Below are positions 16,665 through 25,574 of a DNA stretch of 64,000 nucleotides, one piece after another. Where the stretch lies: contig CBDCPI010000006.1 in NCBI GenBank assembly GCA_965220245.1, forward strand, positions 201,876-265,875. Reading direction: 5' to 3'. The DNA comes from Dehalococcoidia bacterium. Lineage in GTDB: Bacteria > Chloroflexota > Dehalococcoidia > Lucifugimonadales > UBA3495. The notes below the pieces were generated by a model, which saw nothing but the letters and a program-made list of their open reading frames with translations, was not told the origin of the DNA and searched no databases. The position numbers and the translations under genes are program-made. How positions within the stretch are numbered: the stretch's first letter is position 1; every line of letters starts with the position of its first letter.

Positions 16665-17015
16665 GTGGCCTTCATCGTAGCTGATTCGGGAGAACTCGGG
16701 ACGGCCACCCTTTTTATCCTTCTGACCTTTGTAGCAGCAGTTTGCCCCTTCGGGTTACTCCTCTCTATAATCGCGGTGTTTTGGGCCGTTGTTTTTACTT
16801 GGATTGGCATCGGCTGGCTTCGCAGTCACGGCAAGAATTGGCGAAAGGGTCTGCGGCTGGCCGTTAAAGTCGTCGGCATAATCGCGCTCTTGGGAGCACT
16901 GGCCTACGGGATAGTTTCCGCCGTAGCCGCCTTTCATCCGCCGGGGAGTAAGCCCGACTTGCCGAGCCCCCAGTTTACCCATCTCTGGCCATCCGGTCTG
17001 TCCGAATCCGTGTGA
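16665..17015 (+). CDS. Small integral membrane protein, about 3 TM helices, unknown function
   Basis: 116-aa ORF with hydrophobic stretches TLFILLTFVAAVCPFGLLLSIIAVFWAVVFTWIGIGW and VVGIIALLGALAYGIVSAVAAF. GTG start with a weak RBS context. Confidence 0.4.
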   Translation: MAFIVADSGELGTATLFILLTFVAAVCPFGLLLSIIAVFWAVVFTWIGIGWLRSHGKNWRKGLRLAVKVVGIIALLGALAYGIVSAVAAFHPPGSKPDLPSPQFTHLWPSGLSESV

Positions 17016-17068
17016 GGCCCAAGGTCTTTTAATGCTCGGTGAAAACCGGAAGCCGCCCTCCGGCAGAT

Positions 17069-17176
17069 GTCATTCTGAGCCGCTTTGCGGCGAAGAATCT
17101 AAAATCCTTGGCGGTTAAACCGTTCTCCCGGCAAGGATTTTAGACCCCTCGCTCCGCTCGGGGTGACAGGGGTGAC
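17069..17176. repeat. Hairpin REP/MITE-like repeat, gtcattctgagc...gaagaatctaaaa / ggattttagacc...ggggtgac
   Basis: Inverted arms gtcattctgagccgctttgcggcgaagaatctaaaatcc and ggattttagacccctcgctccgctcggggtgac. Confidence 0.8.
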
Positions 17177-17225
17177 ATCGGGGTGGCAATTGAAATACCC
17201 CTGAAATACCCCGGTATGAGGCCAA

Positions 17226-18626
17226 CTAGATGGGCGGTCTTCGGCGGCGCCACTCATTGGCTTGTTCGTAGGCGTAAGCCACGTTCAGGACGGTTTGCTC
17301 GGCAAAGGGCCTGCCGCCAATCTGGAGCCCGATGGGAAGGTCCTCGGCGGTGAAGCCGCAGCAAATGCTGGCCGAGGGGATGCTGCCCAAGGCGAATGCG
17401 GTGGTCAGCAAGTAGGGAATGCGGTTGGCTTTGTCCTTGGCATTGATCACCGGGTCGGGCACTACTGGTTGGGCAGCCACCCCGGCGGTGGGGACCGCCA
17501 GCACGTCAACCTTTTGCAGAGCGTCCAGTATTTCCTGCCGGAGCAGGGAGCGGAGCTTCTGGGCTTTATAGTAAGCGTTGCCGGGAATAAGACTTCCCGT
17601 CAAGAAGCCGATGCGGTTGTCGTGATTTATTTCCTGCAAGTGGTTAAGTAGCAGATTCCGGTAGTTGGTGGGCGCTTCGACCCGGAGCCCCGCAGAAATG
17701 GTCCCGGCGTGGGCGGTCAAGGGGATCGACAGTTCCTCTACGGAAGCGCCCAACTCACTCAGCCCGTTTACGGCAAGAGAAACTGCGTCCCGGACTTCCG
17801 AAGTCACTTCCTCGGAGTACAGCATCTCTTGGACTACACCCACTCGTAGCCCTCGAATGTTGTCGGTCAAACCCTGGCGATAGTCGGGCACCGGCAGGTC
17901 GGCGGTGTAAGGGTCCTTGGGGTCGCGGCCGGCAATGGCTTGCAGGGTAATCGCGCAGTCCTCGACCGTGCGAGAGATGGGGCCGATTTGGTCCATCGAC
18001 CAAACTCCCGGCATTACTCCGTAGCGGCTGACCCGGCCCCAAGTGGGCCGCAGGCCCATCAGGCCGCACCAGGTTGCCGGAAACCGGACGGAACCGCCGG
18101 TATCCTCGCCCAGGGACGTAGCGCACAGAAAAGCGGCGGTGGCCGCCCCGGAGCCGCTGCTGGAGCCGCCGGTATAGCGGTCCAGGTTCCAAGGGTTGCG
18201 GGCGGTCTCGTAGCCGTGAGAAAGGCCGGTGGTGGCGAACTCGGTCATGTTCAGCTTGCCCAGCAGCACCGCCCCGGCGGACTTCAGGTTGGCGATTACG
18301 GTGGCGTCTTCGGTGGGGACGACATCGTTGAATATGGGACTGCCTCCGGTGGTGCGGATGCCAGCGGTGTATACTTGGTCTTTCACCGCCACCGGCACGC
18401 CGTGCATCGCGCCCAAGTCTTCACCGCGCGCCAAGGCTTGGTCCGCGGCCTGGGCGGCTTGCAGCGCCTCTTCCCGGGCCACGGTCAGGTAGGCATACAG
18501 CTTGCTGTTGAGGTTGTCGATTCGCTCCAAGTAGGCTTCCACCGCCTCCACTGAGGATACTTCCCGTTGCTTAATGGCTTCGGATAACTGGGAGGCGGAT
18601 AGGAAAGGAATGTCGGCTTTGTCCAT
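17226..18626 (-). CDS. Amidase-signature family amidase (GatA-like)
   Basis: 466 aa. The amidase signature GGSSSGSGAATAA is present, with the conserved context KDQVYTAG...TGGS. Confidence 0.88.
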   Translation of the reverse strand: MDKADIPFLSASQLSEAIKQREVSSVEAVEAYLERIDNLNSKLYAYLTVAREEALQAAQAADQALARGEDLGAMHGVPVAVKDQVYTAGIRTTGGSPIFNDVVPTEDATVIANLKSAGAVLLGKLNMTEFATTGLSHGYETARNPWNLDRYTGGSSSGSGAATAAFLCATSLGEDTGGSVRFPATWCGLMGLRPTWGRVSRYGVMPGVWSMDQIGPISRTVEDCAITLQAIAGRDPKDPYTADLPVPDYRQGLTDNIRGLRVGVVQEMLYSEEVTSEVRDAVSLAVNGLSELGASVEELSIPLTAHAGTISAGLRVEAPTNYRNLLLNHLQEINHDNRIGFLTGSLIPGNAYYKAQKLRSLLRQEILDALQKVDVLAVPTAGVAAQPVVPDPVINAKDKANRIPYLLTTAFALGSIPSASICCGFTAEDLPIGLQIGGRPFAEQTVLNVAYAYEQANEWRRRRPPI

Positions 18627-18843
18627 GACGGCGCCTTTCTCCTAAGATTAGAATAAGGGTGGTCTAATGGGGGCGAATTACCAATTGGAGCGCTTTGTTC
18701 GATGGCCCCGGCCTTACTCGGTCGTCTTTGTTAGACAGGGACTGGAGTTGTCCGGTAACAGCATCATAGGCGTGGTTGGGGTCACGGTCAACCCGGGCTA
18801 GACAGCCGATCAGGGTCTTTCGGTCTTGTTCTAAAGCTGATTT

Positions 18844-18973
18844 CTCCGCTCATCCTGAGCGTAGCGCAGCGGAGTCGAAGGATTTTCCCGGCTGCGGACG
18901 GCCCTTCACTGCGCTCCACTCCGCTGCGCTACATTCCGCTTCTCCTGAGCTTGTCGAAGGGCAGGATGAGCGG
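18844..18973. repeat. Hairpin REP-like repeat cluster
   Basis: ctccgctcatcctgagcgtagcgcagcggagtcgaagg, ccttcactgcgctccactccgctgcgct and cttctcctgagcttgtcgaagggcaggatgagcgg. Confidence 0.8.
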
Positions 18974-19044
18974 GGGAGTTGGTGCTAGGCGGAGAACTGA
19001 AAGGCCCTAGCGGCCGATACTGAGTTGGGAGAGGTGTAGGATAT

Positions 19045-20427
19045 ATGGCTGGCGCCACTCTAAAAATCGAGGGCGCCCGGTTCATCTTGACGGTGGACCA
19101 AGGGCGAAGGATTATTCAGGACGGGTCCGTCCTGATTGAAGGACAGAGGATTGCCAAGGTTGGTAAGTCCTCGGAATTGGCGGGCGTTGCCGCGGACCGG
19201 GTAATCGACGCCAGCGAGATGGTGATTACGCCGGGCTTCTGCAACGGCCACATGCACATCAGCTACGCCCATGCCACCAGAGGGATATTCCCCGATAACT
19301 TGGCCCCCGGGGACTACCTGGCCAACGTTTTCACTCTTCAGGCGGCCATGACCGAAGAGGAGGAATACCTAACTTCACTATTGGGCATCACGGAGCTACT
19401 CAAGTACGGCACTACCTGTTTTCTGGACCCGGGTAGCACCAAGTTTTTGGACGCTTGCTTGGCGGCTTACCGGGAGTCGGGCTGCCGCATCGTAACCGGC
19501 AAGCAGGTGGTAGACCGGCCCAACCCCTTGAACCTGCCGGTATACTCCTTGGCCGACGCCGTCTCCCAAATGGAGGAGACGGTCCAGTCTTACGACGGCA
19601 AGCTTGACGGTCGAGTCCGCGCTTGGGCCATGCCCTTCGCCGCCGACTACTGCACGCCGGAGCTGCTGACGGCCGCCAAGGAAATTGCGGACCGGAACCA
19701 TACCGGCCTGACTCTACACCAAGGAAACGCCCCCGCCGCCGTGAACGCCTTCCTTAGCCGCTACGGCAAGCGCCCGGTGGAATATCTGGAGGACATCGGC
19801 GTGTTGGGGCCGAACGTGTTGTTGGCCCACGTAATCGGGTTGGATGAAGCCGAGGTCGATTGCTTGGCCCGCACCGGCGCCAAGGCGGTGATGTGCCCCA
19901 CCGCAGCGTTGAAGATGGGCCAGGGCATTACTTCCCAGGGACTGCTGCCGGAGATGCTGGAAAAGGGGGTTTGCGTCGGGCTGGGCACCGACGCCGGCAA
20001 CAATTCCAGCTTAATCGAGACCATGCGTTCCATGTACCTGATTACGGTGCTTTTCAAAGACGCCCGGCAGACCACGGACGTTATCCCTGCGGAGACGGCC
20101 TTGGAGATGGCGACCATTCAAGGCGCAACGGCTCTCGGCTTGGGTGATGACATCGGTTCCATCGAAGAGGGCAAGAAGGCCGATCTGGTGCTCTTCGACA
20201 CCAAGCGGCCTGAGTGGCGCACCATATTTAACCCGGTAAATAATTTGGTGTACAACGCCGACGGACGTAGCGTCCACACCGTAATCGTGGATGGCAGGGT
20301 GGTAGTGGAAGACCATACTCCGGTGTTTGTGGACGAGTGGGAGCTTATCCAGAAGGTACAAAAGCTGGGCCAGGACATGCTGCAACGCACCGGAATATCC
20401 TTTCCGCAGCGTTGGCCGGTGATTTAA
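19045..20427 (+). CDS. Amidohydrolase-superfamily deaminase/chlorohydrolase-like enzyme (COG0402-type)
   Basis: 460 aa. HxH metal motif in ITPGFCNGHMHISYAH, then LLAHVIGL and GLGTDAGN. The overall layout resembles MTA/SAH or guanine deaminase-like proteins. Confidence 0.75.
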   Translation: MAGATLKIEGARFILTVDQGRRIIQDGSVLIEGQRIAKVGKSSELAGVAADRVIDASEMVITPGFCNGHMHISYAHATRGIFPDNLAPGDYLANVFTLQAAMTEEEEYLTSLLGITELLKYGTTCFLDPGSTKFLDACLAAYRESGCRIVTGKQVVDRPNPLNLPVYSLADAVSQMEETVQSYDGKLDGRVRAWAMPFAADYCTPELLTAAKEIADRNHTGLTLHQGNAPAAVNAFLSRYGKRPVEYLEDIGVLGPNVLLAHVIGLDEAEVDCLARTGAKAVMCPTAALKMGQGITSQGLLPEMLEKGVCVGLGTDAGNNSSLIETMRSMYLITVLFKDARQTTDVIPAETALEMATIQGATALGLGDDIGSIEEGKKADLVLFDTKRPEWRTIFNPVNNLVYNADGRSVHTVIVDGRVVVEDHTPVFVDEWELIQKVQKLGQDMLQRTGISFPQRWPVI

Positions 20428-20456
20428 GCACCGGTACTTTAATCAAAGGAGCCCCC

Positions 20457-21170
20457 ATGAGCCAGCTAGTTTTCATTCACGGCCCGGGAGCAGGCGCTTG
20501 CGCCGAGGGCTTCACCCACCAGCTAACCCGCTTCCCCGGCAGCTTGGCGCCCAACCTGCCCGGCCACTTATCCGGCGCCCCATGCCCCGATGTTGCGCGG
20601 TATACCGAGTGGCTTAGGGGATGGCTGTGGGCCAACGGGGCGGACCGGGACTTGGTGTTGTGCGGGTTCACCCTTGGGGCTTGCATCGCCTTGCAATACG
20701 CGCTGGACTACCCCGAGGAGGTCAAAGGGCTGGTGCTGATGACCGTAGCTATGAAACCCAAGGAACGGGCCCCGGGAAGCCTGGAGATGCGGCTAAAGGC
20801 CGCCCAGGACCCAAGTAGCTTTGACCAGTGGCTGGACGCCATGCGCCACGCCATGATGTTCATTGACGAGGAGCTGCGGGAACGCTTGGTTGAGCGCCAC
20901 CGGAAGGTGGGGCCTACCTCTCAGTACAACGACTTGCTGGTTATCGACCGCTTCGACGTCCGGGACCGCATTGGCTCCCTCAAGCCGCCACTGCTGCTAA
21001 TCCGGGGAGTGGATGATCCTCTGGAGCCGCCGGAATACGAACTGGAGATACATCAGGCCGTGGCCGGGTCCAAGTACTTGAAGTTTTCCCAAGCGGGCCA
21101 CTTTCCCATGGCGGAAAAGCCGGTGGAGGTCAACCAGGCCATTGCGGACTTCCTGAAAACGTTGACCTAA
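20457..21170 (+). CDS. Alpha/beta-fold hydrolase family protein
   Basis: The ATG at 20457 follows AAGGAG. LVFIHGPGAG... is present. The nucleophile-elbow position reads GFTLG, with Thr where Ser is usual. The C-terminus has GHFPMAEKP. Confidence 0.7.
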   Translation: MSQLVFIHGPGAGACAEGFTHQLTRFPGSLAPNLPGHLSGAPCPDVARYTEWLRGWLWANGADRDLVLCGFTLGACIALQYALDYPEEVKGLVLMTVAMKPKERAPGSLEMRLKAAQDPSSFDQWLDAMRHAMMFIDEELRERLVERHRKVGPTSQYNDLLVIDRFDVRDRIGSLKPPLLLIRGVDDPLEPPEYELEIHQAVAGSKYLKFSQAGHFPMAEKPVEVNQAIADFLKTLT

Positions 21171-21224
21171 GCCCGCCCGTACCGGGATTACCTTTATCAG
21201 GTATCAGGCGTTAGGGAGTTGGCA

Positions 21225-21425
21225 ATGACAACGGCAACCGAATCCGACGATACCCGGATGGGGCGGCTGGAAGGGCAAATGAACCACGTGGTTCTAGTCC
21301 TTCAGGAACTCCGCCAGGAACTCCGGGCGGTCAACGCCAGGGTAGACCGGCTGTTTCTGGCAACGTGGGCTATCGGCGGCGGCATCATCGCCGCCTTGGT
21401 GGTCCAGATAGTCCGGGCCGGGTAA
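21225..21425 (+). CDS. Small tail-anchored coiled-coil protein (XhlA-like architecture)
   Basis: 66 aa from the ATG at 21225. N-terminal coiled coil RMGRLEGQMNHVVLVLQELRQELRAVNARVDRL and C-terminal TM segment FLATWAIGGGIIAALVVQIV. Confidence 0.45.
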   Translation: MTTATESDDTRMGRLEGQMNHVVLVLQELRQELRAVNARVDRLFLATWAIGGGIIAALVVQIVRAG

Positions 21426-21770
21426 TCCGGCGCCGATTCATCAACTGCCGGGAGAGTGAAGCAATGACAATTGCAACCGCCAGCCACACCGCAATCGCGC
21501 CGAAGGGCGCGGGGCTTCGTCCCTTCCCTCTAGCCCGGAGTTCGTCGCGGCGTATCTGGCGCGGCGGGCGTAAGCCGAGGCGAGGGCCACCACGTTGAAG
21601 CTGGACCGGCCGCTATCGCCGATGCCCACTGGCGGGCCGGGCTGGACGACGTGACACATGAAGGAACCAAGCGGGTGCTGGCCGGTCTGGTGTGGGCCGA
21701 CGAGCGGCCCCAAGAACAGGTCGCACCGCACACATCCGAAGCCTTAGCCGCAATCAGGGCCACACCTGAA

Positions 21771-23024
21771 TTAATCCAGGCCCATAAGCTCCGCCCAGCG
21801 TTGGTAAAAGCGCCGGTGGTTGCTCTCGCTCATCCTGAAATCGCTGGCCCAGCCGCCCAGGTCCTCGTGGAAGCCTTCGTGGCCCAAGCCCATTTGCATG
21901 TTCAGCGGGTAGCGGCGGGAGACCACTCCCCGGGCGGTCTCGGTGCATCCCTGCCAGTTGTCCATGTCATCCTGCTCGTAGGTTCCCGAAGCGGAAAAGC
22001 TGCGTAAACTGGCCAATCGCATTGCATCCTTCACCTCGGCGGGCGCCGAGCGGTCGACGTAAGCCCATACCCAGATCTCAGTCTTGTCGACGCCCTTGGG
22101 ATGCCAGACTCGTAGGGTGTGGGCGGGCGCCCGGTTAAAGGAGAAGTTCGGGAAGGCCGTGCCGAATAGGGGCTGGACCCGGCTCAGGCGGGGACCAAGC
22201 CGCCGGTGCATCTCTGGTAAGACCCGTTCCTCATAGGCTGAAATCTCCGGTATCGGCGGCGCGGTCTTATCATTGGGACCCACGGTTACTATGCCATGGC
22301 CGTTTCCGGGAGAGACTATCCTCCCTGTCCAGTTCTGCCGGTTGGCGGCGGTGGCCCCGTACCCGGTAGTGATAGCCGACAAGTGGCTCCAAGGGGCGTG
22401 GTACAAGTCCCCGGCGAAGTTCTCCGAAGGAAACTTCCAGTTGCAAGGGACCACCCACTTGTGGGGCCGCCCTATAACCTCAATCCCGCCCTCGCACCGG
22501 TCCACGAATACATCGAGGTACCAAGCCATCTCTCCCAAGTATTCCGGGAGAGGGGGCGCCGCCGGATCGAAGGTAGCAAAGACCAGCCCCTTATAGCTGT
22601 CCAGTTGGGCTACCGGGCTGAGCCCCCAGTTGTCGGTGTCCAACTCGTTATAGTAGGCGTCTTGGAGATTTGGAACGGCTTGCAACTTACCTTCGTTGGT
22701 GTAAGTCCAGCCGTGATAGGCGCAGATAAAGGCGCTGGCGTTCCCTACGTCGGCCCGGCACAACCGGTTTCCCCGGTGCCGGCACACGTTGAGGAAGGCT
22801 TTCACCTCGCCCTGCGTGTCCCGCACCACCAATACAGGGTCTTCCCCCATGTAGGTAGTCATAAAGTCGCCGGGGTTTGGAATCTGGCTTTCGTGGCCCA
22901 GGAAAAGCCAACACCTGGCAAAGATACGCTCCAACTCTCGCTGATAAATTGATTCCTCGACGAATATTCGCCGGCTTACCAGGCCATGCTCAGCATCGAC
23001 CAGTGGCGTTTTCGGAGTAGACAA
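21771..23024 (-). CDS. Rieske [2Fe-2S] ring-hydroxylating oxygenase, alpha subunit
   Basis: 417 aa. Rieske motif CRHRGNRLC...CAYHGW is present, and the catalytic domain has DLYHAPWSH. No adjacent beta subunit or ferredoxin gene. Confidence 0.88.
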   Translation of the reverse strand: MSTPKTPLVDAEHGLVSRRIFVEESIYQRELERIFARCWLFLGHESQIPNPGDFMTTYMGEDPVLVVRDTQGEVKAFLNVCRHRGNRLCRADVGNASAFICAYHGWTYTNEGKLQAVPNLQDAYYNELDTDNWGLSPVAQLDSYKGLVFATFDPAAPPLPEYLGEMAWYLDVFVDRCEGGIEVIGRPHKWVVPCNWKFPSENFAGDLYHAPWSHLSAITTGYGATAANRQNWTGRIVSPGNGHGIVTVGPNDKTAPPIPEISAYEERVLPEMHRRLGPRLSRVQPLFGTAFPNFSFNRAPAHTLRVWHPKGVDKTEIWVWAYVDRSAPAEVKDAMRLASLRSFSASGTYEQDDMDNWQGCTETARGVVSRRYPLNMQMGLGHEGFHEDLGGWASDFRMSESNHRRFYQRWAELMGLD

Positions 23025-23049
23025 TTGACGACTCCTGGGGACAGATCAG

Positions 23050-23215
23050 CCTAAGAGGGTGTTTAAAAACCGATTGCGGCCCATCCCTTCGACAGGCTCA
23101 GGACGGGCCCTGTCATTCCGAACGAAGTGAGGAATCTAAAATGCTTGGCAGCAGCAACGCTTAAGAAGGCAAGAAGTCTAGACCCTTCGCTTTACTCAGG
23201 GTGACAGGTGAGCGG
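23050..23215. repeat. Composite hairpin MITE-like repeat, related to 33041-33259
   Basis: It shares cctaagagg(g/a)tgtttaaaa(a)ccgattgc(g/a)gcccatccc...tgtcattccgaac(g/a)aagtgaggaatctaaaatgc...agacccttcgc...ctcagggtgacaggtga with the 33-kb copy. The right terminal repeat is missing here. Confidence 0.7.
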
Positions 23216-23300
23216 TTGCGAGCAAAATTGAAAATAAGGGACCCACCGAGGCTGAAGGCCAACGCTGGGTCCCAATGGTGATCAACTTGGGTCTTTAGAC

Positions 23301-24299
23301 TTACAAGTTAATCGGGTGCTCCACGTATTCCTTTACTTTGTCGTAGATTTGGAGGCGGTGCCTGGAGGACTCCAGCACGAAGATCCGGTCTTGGTCGTCA
23401 ATGTTAACCGCCACCGGCCGATGGAAGCGCCATTCCGGCTCCATATCCGCCCGGCGCCGGGCTTTGATGATGTCCGGATTGGCGTCGATGTAAGTCTGCG
23501 TCCATGGGGAAGGAGTCTGGGCATCGCCAACCAAGGTGGTGACGAACTTGCCGTTGGGACCGTAAATCTGAAGCCGGTGGTTGCCCCAGTCGGTCACGTA
23601 GACGTCGCCCTCGGAGTCCACCGCCACCCCGGAGGGGCCGTTGAGGCTCCCTACCCCGGAATCCGACCCCTCGAACTTGAGGAGCAGGTCACCCTCGGGG
23701 CTGAACTGTTGCACCCGGTTGTTCCTCCAATCGGCGACATAGACTTGGTCGGCGGCGTCGATGCAGACGCCCCACGGCATATCCAGTTGGCCGTCGCCGG
23801 AACCTTGCTCTCCCCATTGGCCCAGGTACTTCCCCTCTTTCGAGAATTTCTGCACCCGGTTGTTGAGACTGTCTACCACGAACACATCGTCATTGGAGTC
23901 AAAGGCGATCCCCGAAGGCCCGTTCAACTCCCCGTCACCGCTGCCGGCCGTACCCCAACCGGACAAAAATCGGCCTTCGCTGTTGAAGACGGATACCCGG
24001 TTCAAGTATTCGTCCGTGGCGTAGATGTTTTCGTCTTGGTCTAGGTCTATGGAGCGCGGCCAAATAAACTGGCCGTCGCCCGATCCATTGGCGCCGAACT
24101 GGCCCAAAAACTCATGGTCCAAGCTCACGGTAGAAATACGCTGGCCCAACTCCTCAGCGCCGCGGCTCAAAACGTAGAAGCGGCCGTTGGAACCCAAGGC
24201 GAAGTCCTGGGGAGACCAGAACCCCTGCCCGGCCATCGCGTACATCCCGATGCAATGGCTGTAATCGAACACTCGCCCGGCGGCGACGGTGGTCAGCAT
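23301..24299 (-). CDS. NHL-repeat beta-propeller protein
   Basis: 332 aa with six repeats of the type GSGDGQ(F/L)xxPxG(I/V)xxD...(I/V)YVxDxxNxRVQxF. Confidence 0.85.
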   Translation of the reverse strand: MLTTVAAGRVFDYSHCIGMYAMAGQGFWSPQDFALGSNGRFYVLSRGAEELGQRISTVSLDHEFLGQFGANGSGDGQFIWPRSIDLDQDENIYATDEYLNRVSVFNSEGRFLSGWGTAGSGDGELNGPSGIAFDSNDDVFVVDSLNNRVQKFSKEGKYLGQWGEQGSGDGQLDMPWGVCIDAADQVYVADWRNNRVQQFSPEGDLLLKFEGSDSGVGSLNGPSGVAVDSEGDVYVTDWGNHRLQIYGPNGKFVTTLVGDAQTPSPWTQTYIDANPDIIKARRRADMEPEWRFHRPVAVNIDDQDRIFVLESSRHRLQIYDKVKEYVEHPINL

Positions 24300-24363
24300 C
24301 GCGGTCCTCCTGAGCGGCTTACTGCGGGACTGATGTTAATCAAGGTTTTACTTGACTAAGTGT

Positions 24364-25497
24364 CTAAACAAAGTCCAGTTCTTCGAACTTGCCGCCGACA
24401 ATGGGCACCGGGTCCAAGCCCAGCCACTTGTCGACCACGGTGGAGTAGAAGCCCCGGAAGTCGTAGTTGGGCTCCAAGTCGCCTTGGGTCAGGTCTTCGG
24501 GCTTGACTGAAGGATAGTGGCTGTACATGCCGCCCTTGACGCCGTTGCCGATGACGAAGGCAACGCCGCCGGCCCCGTGGTCGGTGCCGGTGCCGTTGTC
24601 GCGCACCCGGCGGCCGAACTCGGTGAACAGCATCATGATCAGGTTGTCGCCAGCATCGTGCTCCTTAAGATCGTCGAAGAAATCGCTGATGGCGGCGGAG
24701 GTGTCGATCCAGAGCTTCTGGTGCATCGGCGGCTGGTTGAAGTGGGTGTCGAAACTGCCGTGGGCAGTGTAGAAAATCTGCGTCCCCAAATCGGCAAGGT
24801 ACACTCGGGCCACGTCTCTTAGGGCCTTGGCGATGGGTGTCTCCGCGTACTCGATAGACGACGAGTACTTTTCGGGGGCGCTCTTGATGATGTCGGCGCC
24901 TTTCAGCGCGTCTCGCCCGGTCTGGCCCAGATAGTCCATGGTGGCGCCGGTGCCGATGGCCGGGGCATACATGCGGGCGAACCGTTCCAGAATCTTAGTC
25001 CGGTCTTGCTCGGCGATTCCGGGCACCCCCGACATTACGCCGTAGGACTCCAGGTTAGACACCGAGGTGATGGGCACTCCTCGCAGCGCTAGGGCCCGCG
25101 GCAGACCTTGGCCGAAGTTGACCCCTTTCAGCACGTTCTCTCCATTGGGGTCCAAATCCCGGATTACCTTGGCGACCCAACCCTCGGTGCCCACCTTGTC
25201 GGGCTCGCAAGTGTGCCAAATGTCCATGGAGCGGAAGTGGGAGCGGGGCGAGTTCTCATAACCTATGCCGTGAACGATGGCAAGTTTGCCTTCGTCGTAG
25301 AGCTTCTTCACCGGACCCATGTTGGGGTTGAAGGCCAACTCGCCGTCGATGGGGATCACTTGGTCTTCCGGAATACCCACCCTGGGCCGGGCGTCCCGGT
25401 AGTAGGGATTGGTGTAAGGGATTATCGTGTTCAGGTAATCGTTGGCCCCGGTTAGCTGCAAGATAACCAGCACCGGGTCCTTCTTGGTGGTTGCCAT
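24364..25497 (-). CDS. DUF1501 domain protein (sulfatase-like fold)
   Basis: The ATG at 25497 lies 7 nt after AGGAGG. DPVLVILQLTGANDYLNTIIPY...IVHGIGYENSPRSHFRSMDIWHT...FDTHFNQ...FTEFGRRVRDNGTGTDHG. It is a paralogue of 63081-64000. Confidence 0.85.
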   Translation of the reverse strand: MATTKKDPVLVILQLTGANDYLNTIIPYTNPYYRDARPRVGIPEDQVIPIDGELAFNPNMGPVKKLYDEGKLAIVHGIGYENSPRSHFRSMDIWHTCEPDKVGTEGWVAKVIRDLDPNGENVLKGVNFGQGLPRALALRGVPITSVSNLESYGVMSGVPGIAEQDRTKILERFARMYAPAIGTGATMDYLGQTGRDALKGADIIKSAPEKYSSSIEYAETPIAKALRDVARVYLADLGTQIFYTAHGSFDTHFNQPPMHQKLWIDTSAAISDFFDDLKEHDAGDNLIMMLFTEFGRRVRDNGTGTDHGAGGVAFVIGNGVKGGMYSHYPSVKPEDLTQGDLEPNYDFRGFYSTVVDKWLGLDPVPIVGGKFEELDFV

Positions 25498-25574
25498 AGC
25501 CATTCCTCCTGTTGTCGTCGGCTTGCCGGCGCGCGGGTTAAGCGAGTGTCTGCAAAGTTCCCTCTCCCTCTGGG

